From an uncultured delta proteobacterium (GTDB lineage Bacteria; Desulfobacterota; Binatia; UBA9968), in contig CAWJZV010000024.1 of the NCBI GenBank assembly GCA_963847445.1, forward strand, positions 183,671 through 247,670: DNA of 64,000 nt, given 5' to 3'. A model generated the notes under the pieces. That model ran no database searches and was not told the origin of the DNA. It saw only the letters and a program-made list of their open reading frames with translations. Made by a program: the position numbers and the translations under genes. Shown here piece by piece: positions 19,425 to 32,622 of the stretch. Every line of letters begins with the position of its first letter. Positions within the stretch are counted from its first letter, which is position 1.

Positions 19425-20248
19425 CTACCCGAGCAGAACCGTGCCGTGAAACACTTCCGTCGCCCCGCCGGTCATATAGACGCGATTGTTGTCGCGCCAC
19501 TCAATCACCAGATCGCCGCCCTTGAGATGGACCGTGACTTTCCGTTCGGTGCGGCCGGTGATGACGCCGGCAACGCCGACGGCGCTGGCGCCGGTGCCGC
19601 AGGCCCAGGTTTCGTCCGGCACCGCGCTCCCAGGTCCGCATGGCGCACTTCCGTCGGACTGAGGATCTTGATGAACTCGGTGTTCACCCGTTTGGGGAAA
19701 AACCGATGATGCTCGAAATCGGGGCCGATCTTTTGCAGATCCAAGGAATCGATATCGTCGAGATAAATCACCGAGTGGGGATTGCCCATCGACACGCAGG
19801 TGATTTCGTAAGTTTTACCCTGCACCGTGAGCGGACGATTTTTGATCTCGCCGTCGGCATCGACAGGAATTTTGCGTCCTTCGAGAATCGGTTCGCCCAT
19901 GTCGACCTCGACCAGATCGCCGACGATCTTCGGCCGGATGATGCCGGCTAAAGTCTCCACTTCGAGAGCGCGTTTCTGCGTGATGCCATGATCATAGACA
20001 TACTTGGCGAAGCAGCGGATGCCGTTGCCGCACATCTCCACCTGGCTGCCGTCGGCGTTGTAGATCTCCATTTTGAAGTCGGCGACTGTCGAGGGATGAA
20101 CCGTCAGCAACTGATCCGCGCCGATGCCAAAGCGGCGGTCGCAGAGCTGCGTGGCCACGGCTTCGAGGTTCTCGATGTTGTTCTTCAAACAATCGAGAAA
20201 GACGAAATCGTTGCCCGCCCCATGCATCTTGGTAAATTGCAGTTCCAT
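19425..20248 (-). CDS. dapF: Diaminopimelate epimerase (frameshift ~19630)
   Basis: [42 protein letters not shown]. Confidence 0.94.
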
Positions 20249-20269
20249 GTTTGCTTTGAACCTTCGGAC

Positions 20270-20292
20270 GGGCGTATGCAATACGCCCCTAC
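20270..20292 (-). repeat. GTAG-type REP
   Basis: Reverse complement GTAGGGGCGTATTGCATACGCCC; near-identical copy at 32461. Confidence 0.75.
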
Positions 20293-20304
20293 CAGCCATT
20301 TCTC

Positions 20305-21584
20305 TTATTGCAGCGCCGGCGGTATCACTTCGCCGTTGATCAGATCGTCGAGGCTCTCGCGCTTGCGCACGACGTAATACTTGATCGCCGTCGACCAGGA
20401 TCTCGGGCGGCTTGGGATGCGAATTGTAGTTCGACGCCATGGTAAAGCCGTAGGCGCCGGCGCTCATCACCGCCAGTAAATCGCCGCGTTTGGGCCGGGC
20501 AATCTCGCGATCCTTGGCGAAGAAATCGCCGCTTTCGCAAATCGGCCCGACGACGTCGGCGTTGATCGTTTCCGCCTTGCGTCTCGAACCACCGGCCGAA
20601 TCGCCTGATAGGAACCGTAGAGCGCCGGCCGGATCAAATCGTTCATGCCGCCGTCGACGATGACGAACTTCTTCGTGTCGGTTTCTTTGATGTACTGCAC
20701 TTCGGTCAGAAGAATGCCGGCGTTGCCGACGATCACCCGGCCCGGTTCGAGGATCAGCGTGACGTCCGAGCCCTTCCAAGCCTTGGATGATCGCCTTGGC
20801 ATAGTCATTCGGGCAGCGGCGGATTCTCGTCGTTATAGTTGATACCCAAACCGCCGCCCAAGATCGAGATAGCGAATTTGCGCGCCTTCTTTTCTCATCT
20901 CACCGAGCAGCACCCGGTCGAGATACTCGCGCAACTTGGCGAGAGCATCGACGAACGGCGTCAAGCGACGTCAGCTGGGAGCCAATATGGCAGTCGACAC
21001 CGACGACTTCGAGGTTTTTAAGCGATACCGCCTTTTTATAGGTTTCGACCGAGCGCTTGATGTCGACGCCGAACTTGGCCTTTTTCATGCCGGTGGAAAT
21101 ATAGGGATGGGTCTGCGGATCGACATCGGGATTGACGCGCAGACTGATCGGCGCTTTCTTGCCGATGCCGGCGGCGATCTCGTTTAACGCGGTCAACTCC
21201 TCTTCGGACTCGACGTTGAACATCAAGATGCCGGAGTTGAGCGCGTACTCGACTTCGTCCTTCTTTTTGCCGACGCCGGAAAAAACGATCCGCTTGGGAT
21301 CGGCGCCGACTTTCAGGGCGCGAAAGAGTTCGCCGCCCGAGACGATATCGAAACCGCTGCCCTGCTTGGCGAAGCGGCGCAGCAGCGCCAGATTGGAATT
21401 GGCTTTCACCGAAAAGCAAACGATATGCGGCACCTTGGCAAAGGCTTGGTCGAAGACGCTGTAGTGGCGCTGTCAACGTCGCCAGACTATAAACATAGGC
21501 CGGCGTGCCGACTTCCTGAGCGATGCGCTTGAGCGCAACGTCCTCCGCAAACATTTCACCGTTGCGATATTCAAAATGATTCAT
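20305..21584 (-). CDS. lysA: Diaminopimelate decarboxylase (several frameshifts)
   Basis: [53 protein letters not shown]. Confidence 0.94.
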
Positions 21585-22031
21585 GGCTGACCTCTTAGCG
21601 GGTAATTTCTACTTCGTTGGACGGCCCGCTCAACGAGCCGTCGAACAAGTTGCGACGCCACACGGTAGCGATAGATCGTATTGGCGCGCACTTCACGATC
21701 GTCGAAACGATACTGTTTCAGGCGCACGAATTTCTCCCGGTCCTCGACGTTGACCGTGGTCAACTGCCGGTACGGCACCGGGCAATCGAGGCAGCTCTGG
21801 GAGATTTCCTTGCGGAAAATCACAAAGCTGGCCAGGTCCTTGAGCTCGCTGCCGTCGACATACTCGGTCGGCCGGTTCCAGGTCAGCGCGACACCATCGG
21901 CCGATCGGTCTCGCCGCGAAATTGGTAATCAACTTCGGCGTCACCAGCTCGGGCGCGCGCGGATCGCCTTTCTTGCCACAGGCGCTTCCCGCGAGCAGCA
22001 ACAGCAATACCAGCAGCCATGCGTGTTTCAT
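21581..22031 (-). CDS. Lipoprotein with CGKKG-P N-terminus and FN3-like domain (frameshifted)
   Basis: Lipobox SAC-GKKGDP; later LxW...P, CLDCP and YRYRV segments; between argH and lysA. Confidence 0.7.
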
Positions 22032-23416
22032 CTAAACTCCCAATTCTTTCAGCCGGCGCACGCACATTGCTTCTCGACGTGCCGCCCAGGGCACGCCGGC
22101 GCTCGACCACCGATTCGGCGGAAAGATAGTTGTAGATGTCTTTTTCGATCTTGTCGGAAAATGCTCTCGGAGCTCCGCCAGCGACAACTCTTCGATGCGC
22201 TTGCCGACGCCAATACAATGCTGCACAATTTTGCCCGCCACCTCATGGGCCTGGCGGAACGGCATACCGCGCTCGACCAGATAGTCGGCCAAATCCGTCG
22301 CGTTCATATAGCCATCTTGGGCCGCTGCCAACATGCGCTCGCGCCGGACTTTCAAACCGCGGACGATCTCGCCGATCATTTTCACGCTCGCTTTGACCGT
22401 GTCGGCGCTGTCGAACAGCGGCACTTTATCCTCTTGCAGATCGCGGTTATAGGCAAGCGGCAATCCCTTCATGATCGTCAACAGCGCCATGCAGATGGCC
22501 GAACACCCGGCCGGTCTTGCCGCGGATCAACTCCGGCACATCGGGATTTTTTTTCTGCGGCATCATCGAGCTGCCGGTGCAGTAACCGTCCGGCAATTCG
22601 ACGAAAGCGAACTCTTGGCTCGACCACAAAACCAATTCGTCGGCCAACCGGCTCAGATGGACAAACAGGATCGCACGAGGCCGCGAGGAACTCTAGCAGA
22701 AAATCGCGATCGCTCACCGCGTCGATGCTATTTTTTGAAATCCGCGGAAAACCCAAGAGCTTGGCGACGTAAACTCGATCGATGGGAAAAGTCGTGCCGG
22801 CGATGGCGCCGGAGCCCAAGTGGCAGGACGTTGATCCGCTCCAAGCAGCCGGCATAACGCTCGCGGTCGCGCTCGAACATGTCGTAGTAGGCCAGCAAAT
22901 GATGCGATAGCAGCACCGGCTGCGCCCGTTGCAAATGGGTGTAGCCAGGCATGATGACGTCGAGATGTTTCTTGGCCGCCTTGGCAAGCTCCCGTTGCAG
23001 AGTTTCGAGCAGGAGAAGGATCGCCGCCACCTCGTCGCGCAAATAGAGCCGCATGTCCAGAGCGACCTGATCGTTGCGGCTGCGCGCCGTGTGCAGCTTG
23101 CCGCCGGCGCTGCCGATCTTCTCGGTCAGCCGGCGCTCGATGTTCATGTGAATGTCTTCATCCGCCGGCGAGAACTCGAACTTGCCGTTTTCGATCTCGC
23201 GCTCGATCGCCGCCAGGCCGCGGACAATTTTCTGCGCATCGCGCAGCGGGAATAATCCGCTGCTTGCCGAGCATCTTGGCATGGGCGATGCTGCCCATGA
23301 TGTCATGGCGGTACAGCCGCGAATCGACGGCGATGGACGCGGTAAACGCCTCGACGGAATCGGCGGTGCCACCGCTGAACCGGCCGCCCCAGAGCTTTTC
23401 TGTTCGATTTCTTCAC
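22032..23416 (-). CDS. argH: Argininosuccinate lyase (several frameshifts)
   Basis: [59 protein letters not shown]. Confidence 0.94.
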
Positions 23417-23432
23417 AGTACTCTGACTGCGA

Positions 23433-23506
23433 CAATGGCAATGCAAATTGATAATTGAAAACGATCGGATCCGGACATTATCAATTTTCCATTTTGCATT
23501 TTCAAT
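23433..23506. repeat. Inverted AT-rich heptamer repeat array
   Basis: (AATGCAA/ATTGATA/ATTGAAA)...(TTATCAA/TTTTCCA/TTTTGCA/TTTTCAA) between argG and argH; related array at 54171. Confidence 0.7.
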
Positions 23507-24707
23507 TTATTTTGCCTTCGCTAGTTTACGCAGCCGCAGCCGCAACGCATTCAATCGAATAAACCCCTCGGCGTCGGCTTGGCGGTAAACCTGATCGGCC
23601 TCGAACGTCGCCACGTTGGTATCGTAGAGCGAGGCGTCGGACTTGCGGCCGACCACCATGACGTTGCCTTTGTATAATTTCACGCGCACCCGGCCGGTGA
23701 CGTTGGCCTGGGCGGCGTCGATGGTTTTTTGCAGCACTTCGCGCTCCGGCGCGAACCAGTAGCCGTAGTAGATCATCTCGGCGTAGCGCGGGATCAGCGA
23801 ATCGCGCAAGCGCAGCACCTCGCGGTCCATGGTAATCGACTCGATGCCGCGATGCGCTCCATGGAGAATCGTGCCGCCGGGAGTTTCATAAACACCGCGC
23901 GACTTCATGCCGACATAGCGGTTCTCGACCACGTCGACCCGGCCGATGCCATGCTTGGCGCCGATGTCGTTCAAGCGCGCCAACAGATTCGCCGGCGAGA
24001 GCTTTTTGCCGTTCACTGCCACCGGATCGCCGCGCAGATAATCGATCTCGATGTATTCGGCGCGGTTGGGCGCCTTCTCCACCGGCCGGCACCAGACGAA
24101 CATATCCGCCGGCGGCTTCTTTCCACGGATCCTCGAGAACGCCGCCTTCATAACTGATGTGAAACAAGTTGCGATCGGTGCTGTAAGGTTTGGCCTTGGT
24201 GACCGGCACCGGGATGCCATGCTTGCGCGCATAGTCGATCAAGGTCGAGCGCGCATTTAAATTCCACTCGCGCCAGGGAGCGATGACTTTGATGCCCGGC
24301 TTGAGCGCATAGTAAGTGAGCTCGAAGCGCACCTGATCGTTGCCCTTGCCGGTGGCGCCATGGGAAACCGCGTCGGCTTTTTCACGCACGGCGACGTCGA
24401 TCTGCCCTTTGGCAATCAACGGCCGGGCGATGGAGGTGCCGAGCAAATAGGAACCTTCGTAAACCGCGTTGGCGCGCAGCATCGGGAAGACGTAATTTTT
24501 AACGAACTCTTCGCGCAGATCGCCGATCACGACTTTGCTCGCGCCGGTCTGCATCGCCTTTTTCTTGACCGCCTGGAGATCTTCGCCCTGGCCCAGGTCG
24601 GCGCAGAAGGCGATGACTTCGCAGCCGTATTCTTCTTTGAGCCAGCGTAAAATAACCGACGTATCCAAACCGCCGGAATAAGCCAACACCACTTTCTTAA
24701 CGTTCAT
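23507..24707 (-). CDS. argG: Argininosuccinate synthase (frameshift ~24120)
   Basis: [42 protein letters not shown]. Confidence 0.95.
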
Positions 24708-24741
24708 TTGGATTTCTTCGAACCTCTGCTTCCGGTTGTCT

Positions 24742-25717
24742 TCATTGAACCTTGAACCTTGCTTCGATAAACTCAGGCCCTGAGCTGTCGAAGGAACCTT
24801 TGAACCCTTTTAGCAGCCAGACCATCACCGCTTTTTGCGCATGCAGGCGATTCTCCGCTTGATCGAAGGCGACGCACTGTGGGCTTTCCAGCACTTCGTG
24901 GGTGATCTCCTCGCCGCGGTGCGCCGGCAGGCAATGCATGACCACCGCATCCGGTTTCGCCATCGCGACCACCTGGCTATTGACCTGGTAGGCGCGAAAC
25001 GCTCGCAGGCGGTTTTGCACCTCTTTTTCCTGGCCCATGCTGGTCCAGACATCGGTATAGATGGCGTCGGCACCCGCCACCGCCTCTTTGACCGATTGAG
25101 TGATCGTGATCTTCGCCCCTTGGTCTGCGCGCCTTCTGCAAAATCGCGGCGTCAGGCTCGTAACCCTTGGGACAGGCCAGGGCGAACGCAAACGGTAAGA
25201 TGGCGGCGGCTTCCAACCAGGAATGAACCATGTTGTTGCCGTCGCCGACGAAAGCGATCTTCAGACCGTCGAGCGTGCCCTTATGCTCGATCAACGTTTG
25301 GCAGTCGGCGAGCACCTGGCACGGATGGTAACCATCGGTGAGCGCGTTGATCACCGGCACCGCGGCATATTCGGCCAACTCTTCGATGATCTTGTGGCCA
25401 AACGTGCGCACCGTGATCAGATCGAACCAGCGGTCGAGATTGCGCGCGCAGTCCGCCGGGGTTTCCCGCGTGCCTAAGCCAACCTCGGCGGGTCCCAAGT
25501 AAACCGCGCTGCCGCCCAACTGGATCATGCCGACGTCAAAGGTCGCGCGCGTGCGCAGACTCGGCTTCTCAAACACCATTGCCAGCTGCTTGCCGGCCAA
25601 CAGTCGATGCGGGATACCGCGCTGCTGTTTGCGCTTGAGCTCAGCAGCAAGTCGCAATATGCCGTCGAACTCCCGGCGGCTCATGCCGGCGAAATTGAGC
25701 AGATCGCGTTTGTTCAT
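24742..25717 (-). CDS. argF: Ornithine carbamoyltransferase (frameshift ~25130)
   Basis: [45 protein letters not shown]. Confidence 0.94.
24745..24808. repeat. TTGAACC heptamers with nested CTTCGA..CTCAGG/CCTGAG..TCGAAG palindrome
   Basis: Read directly; overlaps the 3' end of argF. Confidence 0.6.
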
Positions 25718-25737
25718 CGAATTAGTGATGCTAAACG

Positions 25738-26925
25738 CTATTGGCGGGCCAGCACTTTTTCCAGGATCGCCAGACCTCGGTCGATTTCGTTCTTCTTGAT
25801 CGTCAGCGGCGGCACGAAGCGCAGCACTTTAGCCGCCGTGCAATTCATCAGCAAGCCTTCGAGCATGCACGCTTCGGCGATCTTGCTGCCTTCGATCTCA
25901 AGCTCGACGCCGATGAGCAGTCCCTTGCCGCGAATATCGCGGATAAACGAAAACCGTTTTTTCAAAGCCTCGAGCCCTTTGACGAAGTATTTGCCCATCT
26001 GCACGCAATTTTTGAGGGCGCCGGTTTTGAGCAGCTGCATCACCGCCAAACCGGCGGCGCAAGCGACTGGATTGCCGCCGAATGTCGACGCATGGCTGCC
26101 CGGACCGAAACTGTTGGCGACATCTTCGCGCGCCAGCATGGCGCCGAGCGGCAAGCCGCCGCCGAGCGCCTTGGCCAGCGTCATGATATCGGGTTTGACA
26201 CCGAAGTTTTCATATCCGAATAGCTTGCCGGTGCGGCCCATGCCGGTCTGCACTTCGTCGAAGATCAGGAGTATCCGCCGTTGATCGCAGATCTCGCGCA
26301 GGCCCAACATATAAGTCTCATGGGGCACGATGACGCCGCCCTCGGCCTGGATCGGTTCGATCAAGATCGCCACGGTTTTTTTCTCGTCGATGGCCGCTTC
26401 CATGGCGTCGAGCTTGTTGTACGGCACCTGGCGAAAGCCGGCGGGCAACGGATCGTAGCCGGCGCGGACTTTTTCCTGCCCCGTCGCCGTCAGGGTCGCC
26501 AGGGTGCGGCCGTGAAACGAGTTGTGCGTCGAGATGATTTCATACTTGCCGCCGAGCTTTTCCAAGCCGTAGCGGCGCGCCAGTTTGATCGCCGCTTCGT
26601 TGGCCTCGGCGCCGCTGTTGCAAAAAAACACCCGGTCGGCAAACGAGTTGCGGCACAGTTCGCGAGCGAGCTCCGATTGCGGCTGCATGTGGTAGAGATT
26701 CGACACATGCATCAAGGTTTGCGCCTGCTGCTTGATCGCCTTGACGATCGCCGGATGACAATGGCCGAAACTATTGACCGCGATGCCGGCGAGAAAATCG
26801 AGATACTCCTTGCCGTCGGCGTCCCAGACCTTGACGCCCCGGCCTTTGACCAGCGCCAGCGGCGTGCGCGCGTAGGTCTTGGCGACAAACTTATCGGTCA
26901 GCGCCGCGACATCTTTGTTTTTCAT
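25738..26925 (-). CDS. argD: Acetylornithine aminotransferase
   Basis: YLDFLAGIAV, NSGAEANEAAIK, SFHGRT, DEVQTGMGRTG, AKALGGG. Confidence 0.95.
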   Translation of the reverse strand: MKNKDVAALTDKFVAKTYARTPLALVKGRGVKVWDADGKEYLDFLAGIAVNSFGHCHPAIVKAIKQQAQTLMHVSNLYHMQPQSELARELCRNSFADRVFFCNSGAEANEAAIKLARRYGLEKLGGKYEIISTHNSFHGRTLATLTATGQEKVRAGYDPLPAGFRQVPYNKLDAMEAAIDEKKTVAILIEPIQAEGGVIVPHETYMLGLREICDQRRILLIFDEVQTGMGRTGKLFGYENFGVKPDIMTLAKALGGGLPLGAMLAREDVANSFGPGSHASTFGGNPVACAAGLAVMQLLKTGALKNCVQMGKYFVKGLEALKKRFSFIRDIRGKGLLIGVELEIEGSKIAEACMLEGLLMNCTAAKVLRFVPPLTIKKNEIDRGLAILEKVLARQ

Positions 26926-27819
<894 letters not shown>

Positions 27820-27913
27820 TTAATTTACGGGTTATTCCGGGTTTGCCGTGAAAAGGGTGTCACCCCGGAGGTCCTAGCACGACATAACCGCAACCAAAAT
27901 AAGAAAAGTCGGA

Positions 27914-27996
27914 TTCACCACGAAGGCACGAAGGACACGAAGGCTTCGGATGTCTAATGTTCCGAACTTCGTGCTCTTCGTGTCCTTCGTGGTGAA
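27914..27996. repeat. CACGAAG-family palindromic element, copy 2
   Basis: TTCACCACGAAGGCACGAAGGACACGAAGGCTTCGGA...TCCGAACTTCGTGCTCTTCGTGTCCTTCGTGGTGAA. Confidence 0.88.
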
Positions 27997-28036
27997 ATAC
28001 TCTTTCCCGATCTACACAAAAGCCTGAAGAACCAAT

Positions 28037-29389
28037 TTACAAGATATAGCGCGACAAATCTTCGCTCTTCAAGATCGGCGCCAGCCGCTCGCGCACATAG
28101 GCCGCGTCGATGGCGACCTCCTGGCCATGCATCTCCGGCGCGGCAAAAGAAACCTCGTCCAGCAGTCTTTCCAAGATCGTGTGCAGCCGGCGCGCGCCGA
28201 TATTTTCCATGCGCTCGTTGACGTCGGCGGCGATGGCGGCGATCTCCTGCACCGCGTCGTCGGCAAATTTCAGATGCACGCCTTCGGTTTCGAGCAACGC
28301 TTCATACTGTTTGATCAGCGCGTTCTTCGGTTCGGTGAGAATGCGCACGAAGTCGTCTTTGCCGAGGGAGCTCAGCTCAACGCGAATCGGAAAGCGCCCC
28401 TGGAACTCGGGGATCAAGTCCGACGGCTTGGCCGTGTGAAACGCCCCGGACGCGACGAATAGAATATGATCGGTGCGCACCATGCCGTACTTGGTATTGA
28501 CGGTGCAGCCCTCGACGATCGGCAAGAGATCGCGCTGCACCCCCTGGCGTGAAACATCCGGCCCATGCGCAGACTCGCGGCCGGCGATCTTGTCGATTTC
28601 GTCGAGAAAGACGATACCCGACTGCTCGACACGCCGAGTGGCCTCGCCGGTGACTTTGTCCATGTCGACCAGCTTCCCCGCTTCTTCCTGGGTGAGAATC
28701 TCCAGCGCTTCGGGAATCTTGACGGTCTTCTTTTTGGTTTTCTTGGGCATCATGTTGGAAAACATATCTTTGAGATTGAACTCCATGCCTTCCATGCCCT
28801 GGGGCGTCAGCACTTCGATCATCGGCATCATCGACTGCGACATCTCGATCTCGACGAAGCGGTCGTCCATCTTGCCGTCGCGCAGCATTTTCTTGAGCTT
28901 ATCGCGGGTCCCCTGCAGCCGCTCCGCGTCGATCGCTTCGGCATCAACCACCTCACCGGCAGGCAGCAACAAATCGAGCACCCGCTCCTCGGCCACTTCG
29001 CGCGCCCGGATCTCGACCTTCTGCTTTTCTTCCTCTTTGACCATGTTGACCGCGAGATCGGTCAGATCGCGGATGATCGATTCGACATCGCGGCCGACAT
29101 AACCGACCTCGGTGAACTTCGAAGCTTCGACCTTGATAAACGGCGCCTGGGCGAGCTTGGCCAAGCGCCGGGAAATTTCGGTCTTGCCCACGCCGGTGGG
29201 GCCGATCATGATGATATTTTTCGGCGCGATCTCGTCGCGCAGATCGTCCGGCACCAACTGGCGCCGCCAGCGGTTGCGCAGCGCGATGGCCACCGCCCGT
29301 TTGGCGTCCTTTTGTCCGACGATATAGCGGTCGAGTTCCGAGACGATCTCACGCGGAGTCATCACCGGCGCCGGCGAAGTCACCGGCAT
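28037..29389 (-). CDS. hslU: ATP-dependent protease ATPase subunit HslU
   Basis: [40 protein letters not shown]-terminus. Confidence 0.97.
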   Translation of the reverse strand: MPVTSPAPVMTPREIVSELDRYIVGQKDAKRAVAIALRNRWRRQLVPDDLRDEIAPKNIIMIGPTGVGKTEISRRLAKLAQAPFIKVEASKFTEVGYVGRDVESIIRDLTDLAVNMVKEEEKQKVEIRAREVAEERVLDLLLPAGEVVDAEAIDAERLQGTRDKLKKMLRDGKMDDRFVEIEMSQSMMPMIEVLTPQGMEGMEFNLKDMFSNMMPKKTKKKTVKIPEALEILTQEEAGKLVDMDKVTGEATRRVEQSGIVFLDEIDKIAGRESAHGPDVSRQGVQRDLLPIVEGCTVNTKYGMVRTDHILFVASGAFHTAKPSDLIPEFQGRFPIRVELSSLGKDDFVRILTEPKNALIKQYEALLETEGVHLKFADDAVQEIAAIAADVNERMENIGARRLHTILERLLDEVSFAAPEMHGQEVAIDAAYVRERLAPILKSEDLSRYIL

Positions 29390-29556
29390 CCGTGAGACGA
29401 TTTTGTAACGTCGTTCATAGGAATTAACAGTCCTAACAATTTCGCCAGGAAATGCAATGATTTCCCCGCGAGTAGCCAGGCGAGCGATGCACCGTGGCCC
29501 GAGTCCCCGCTCTGGAATCTGGAATTTGTAGTCGGAATCGCGCGCGCAGCGCGCCG

Positions 29557-30087
29557 CTACGGAAGCTCTTCAAAGGTCAGCTGCTCGTTGGTGTAAACGC
29601 AGATGCCGGCGGCCACCCGCATGGCTTCTTCGGCGATCACGCGGGCGTCGAGCTGGGTGTGTTTGACTAGCACCCGCGCCGCCGCCAGGGCATAGTTGCC
29701 GCCCGAGCCGATGGCGATGACGCCGTCGTCCGGTTCGATGACATCGCCGGCGCCGGAAATGACCAAAAGATCGGTCACGTCGGCGATGATCAGCAACGCC
29801 TCCAACCGCCGCAGGATACGATCGGTGCGCCAATCCTTGGCCAGCTCCACCGCCGCGCGCTTGAGATTGCCGTTGAATTGTTCGAGCTTGGCTTCGAATT
29901 TCTCGAACAGCGTAAAGGCATCCGCCGTCGCGCCGGCGAAACCGGCGATCACTTTGTCATGATGCAGCTTGCGCACCTTGCGCGCGCTATGCTTCATCAC
30001 GGTCTGCCCCAAACTCACCTGACCATCGCCGACCATGACCACTTTGCCGCCATGGCGTATCGCTAAGATTGTCGTTCCTTCAAACAT
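29557..30087 (-). CDS. hslV: ATP-dependent protease subunit HslV
   Basis: [28 protein letters not shown]. Confidence 0.96.
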   Translation of the reverse strand: MFEGTTILAIRHGGKVVMVGDGQVSLGQTVMKHSARKVRKLHHDKVIAGFAGATADAFTLFEKFEAKLEQFNGNLKRAAVELAKDWRTDRILRRLEALLIIADVTDLLVISGAGDVIEPDDGVIAIGSGGNYALAAARVLVKHTQLDARVIAEEAMRVAAGICVYTNEQLTFEELP

Positions 30088-30179
30088 AACTAATTTCCTG
30101 GCGTCGACGCATGAGGCACGAGATATCTGAGAATCGCAGATCTTCATCCTCTCACGCTTCCATCCTCGACTATTCTCTT

Positions 30180-31088
30180 TCAGGCTCGCGGATGCGCCTT
30201 GTCGTACACCGCGGTCAATTGATCCAAGTTCAAATGGGTATAGCGCTGGGTCGTCGATAGGCTGACATGGCCGAGCAGCTCCTGAATCACCCTCAGGTCG
30301 GCGCCGCCGTTGAGCAAGTGAGTGGCAAAGCTATGGCGCAAACCATGGGGCCCCATTTTGATCTGAATGCCCGCCAGCTTCAAATGTTTTTCGACGATGC
30401 GCGCGACACTGCGCGTGGTGATGCGCCGGCCGCGATGGTTGAGAAACACCGGCGTTGCGCCGCGGCAAGCGACCTGCCACTGCAATCGGACCGAGTCGGC
30501 GTAGGACTCTAGCGCCTTCAGCGCCACCGCGCCGATCGGCACGATGCGTTCCTTGGCACCCTTGCCGACCACGCGAATGATGCCCAATTGGACGTCAATA
30601 TCGGACCAGTCAAGCCCCACCAACTCGCTGACGCGAATCCCAGTGGAATAGAACACTTCCAACACCGCGCGATCGCGCTGGTCGAGGCCGCTTTCAAGCT
30701 TGATCGTATCCAACAAATGAAACGCATCGTCGACGGTAAGAAACTTGGGTAGCGGCTTTTCCTGCTTGGGCGAGTTGATCAACAGCAGCGGATCTTTGCC
30801 GAGCCGCTTGGTCGTGACCAGATAGCGAAAGAACCCTTTCAACGCCGCCAGCTTGCGGCCCATCGAACTCTTCTTGCGATCCGGCGCCAAGGACGCGAGA
30901 TAAGCCCGCACCACATGAATGTCGATTTTGCCGGCATCCACCGCGCCGTCGGTATCCAGCGCCAGCTCCCGCTCGATGAGAAAATTTTGAAACTGCGCCA
31001 AATCGCTCAGGTAGTTGCGCAGCGTGTGCGGCGACATGTTGCGCTCATTGCGCAGATGGCCGGCGTATTGTTGGATTAGCGATTCCAC
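30180..31088 (-). CDS. xerC: Tyrosine recombinase XerC
   Basis: [42 protein letters not shown]; typical xerC-hslVU context. Confidence 0.9.
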   Translation of the reverse strand: MESLIQQYAGHLRNERNMSPHTLRNYLSDLAQFQNFLIERELALDTDGAVDAGKIDIHVVRAYLASLAPDRKKSSMGRKLAALKGFFRYLVTTKRLGKDPLLLINSPKQEKPLPKFLTVDDAFHLLDTIKLESGLDQRDRAVLEVFYSTGIRVSELVGLDWSDIDVQLGIIRVVGKGAKERIVPIGAVALKALESYADSVRLQWQVACRGATPVFLNHRGRRITTRSVARIVEKHLKLAGIQIKMGPHGLRHSFATHLLNGGADLRVIQELLGHVSLSTTQRYTHLNLDQLTAVYDKAHPRA

Positions 31089-31198
31089 GGTCGGTCTTTC
31101 AACACGGCTCAGAATAACACCAACCTGCGTTGAACTCTACCGAAGGGTTAGCGACGCCCCGGTTCACGTCCCTTTCAATCCATGTTATTCGTACCCCT

Positions 31199-31955
31199 GT
31201 GACGACTGAAGAAGACCTGTCATTTCGCACTGCCAACGGCGATACACTCAGCGCAGTTTTGCACCATCCAGCGCGTTCGCCCCATGGCGGAGCGATCCTT
31301 TGCCATGGCATGGAGTCGGCGAAAAACAGCGAGAAATTGATCTTCCTGGCGAAATCGCTGGCGGAGCGCGGGCTGCTAGCGCTGCGCTTCGACTTCCGTT
31401 ACGTCGGCGCGTCAAGCGGTAAGTTCGCCGACATTACTTATAGCGGCGAGGTGGAAGATTTGAAGGCAGCCTATGAATTAATTCAGAGCCGCCAGCCCGG
31501 TAGGACCGCCATCTTTGGTTCCAGCATGGGCGGCACCGTGGCCTTGCTCTTCGCCGCGCAGGAACCGCAAGTCGCCGCAATCGTCACCCTCGCTGCGCCG
31601 GTCCATCCGGAGAATTTCCCCAAACGTGTGCTGACACCCGAGCAGCTCCAGCGTTGGCGCGAGCGCGGCCACACCATCTACAACGGCCAGCGCTTGAATG
31701 TTTCCTTGCTCGACGACGTAGAGACAACTCAACGTGCCGGAGGCCGCGCGGCGGATTCACTGCCCGGTGCTGATCATCCACGGCGATGCCGATAAAGTCG
31801 TGCCGGTTGCCGAAGCCTATGAACTGCACGAAAGTTTGACTGCCCAAAAGCGGCTGTCGATCTTCAAAGATACCGACCATCGGTTTTCGAATCCGTTAGC
31901 CATGCGCCAGGCGATGACCGAAGCGCTGGATTGGCTGAGCGAACATGTTAGATAA
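31199..31955 (+). CDS. Alpha/beta-fold hydrolase (frameshift ~31730)
   Basis: LCHG, RFDFRYVGASSG, GSSMGG nucleophile elbow, IHGDADKVVP, DHRF; start uncertain. Confidence 0.85.
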
Positions 31956-31964
31956 AGTGCACCG

Positions 31965-32376
31965 ATGAAAACAAAACTACCGATTGTCGTTCGAGTCGCC
32001 GCTACTGGCGTTGTTCCTGACCGCCGCCTGCGGCCATGATTTGAACACCGCGCAGGGCGTCGCCCAAGAGTTTGTCGATCATCACTATGTCAAGATCGAC
32101 TTGCAGAAGGCCAAGCAGTACACGGTGAGCGTCGCCCAGGCCAAGATCGACGAAGAGATCCGCTTGACCAGCGGGCAGACGATCGACGCCTCGACGCAAA
32201 AACCGCGGGTAAATTACACGCTGTTGGATAAGCACGAAGGCGAGCAGCGGTCGACCTATCTATTCGAAGGCAAGATTCAATCCGACGACGGCACGTCGTT
32301 TACCCGCAAGTGGTCCATCGCCACGCGCAAGGAAGGCAATGGCTGGCGGGTTTCAAACTTCACGGAATCGGACTAA
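31965..32376 (+). CDS. Hypothetical lipoprotein (frameshift near start)
   Basis: LLALFLTAAC lipobox; GWRVSNF C-terminus reminiscent of NTF2-like domains. Confidence 0.65.
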
Positions 32377-32460
32377 CCGGAGAATTCAGCCGCACCTCTT
32401 GACGGTGCTTAGGACGATCGGGCCGCAAAAAACGCAAAAATTCAAAGAAGCAATCCGAAC

Positions 32461-32483
32461 GTAGGGGCGTATGGCATACGCCC
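32461..32483 (+). repeat. GTAG-type REP
   Basis: GTAGGGGCGTATGGCATACGCCC. Confidence 0.75.
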
Positions 32484-32622
32484 GGCGTGGTGGAGTGGCA
32501 ATCGCGTGGCCACAAAATTGGCGCAGGCGGCCGAAATGACAGCAAATCCGAACTTGGCGTCTTCGCGCCTTGGCGGGAGAAACTTTTTTTCTCCCACACG
32601 AAACCACGGGCTACCGCCGCAT

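Noticed and set aside
19505-20779. LysA-DapF fusion ORF
   Set aside because: lysA stop is recoverable at 20305 in a shifted frame and the linker is a translated REP; artefact
30180-31088. Phage/island integrase
   Set aside because: XerC-like size and motifs in the housekeeping xerC-hslVU-argB context; no att sites seen
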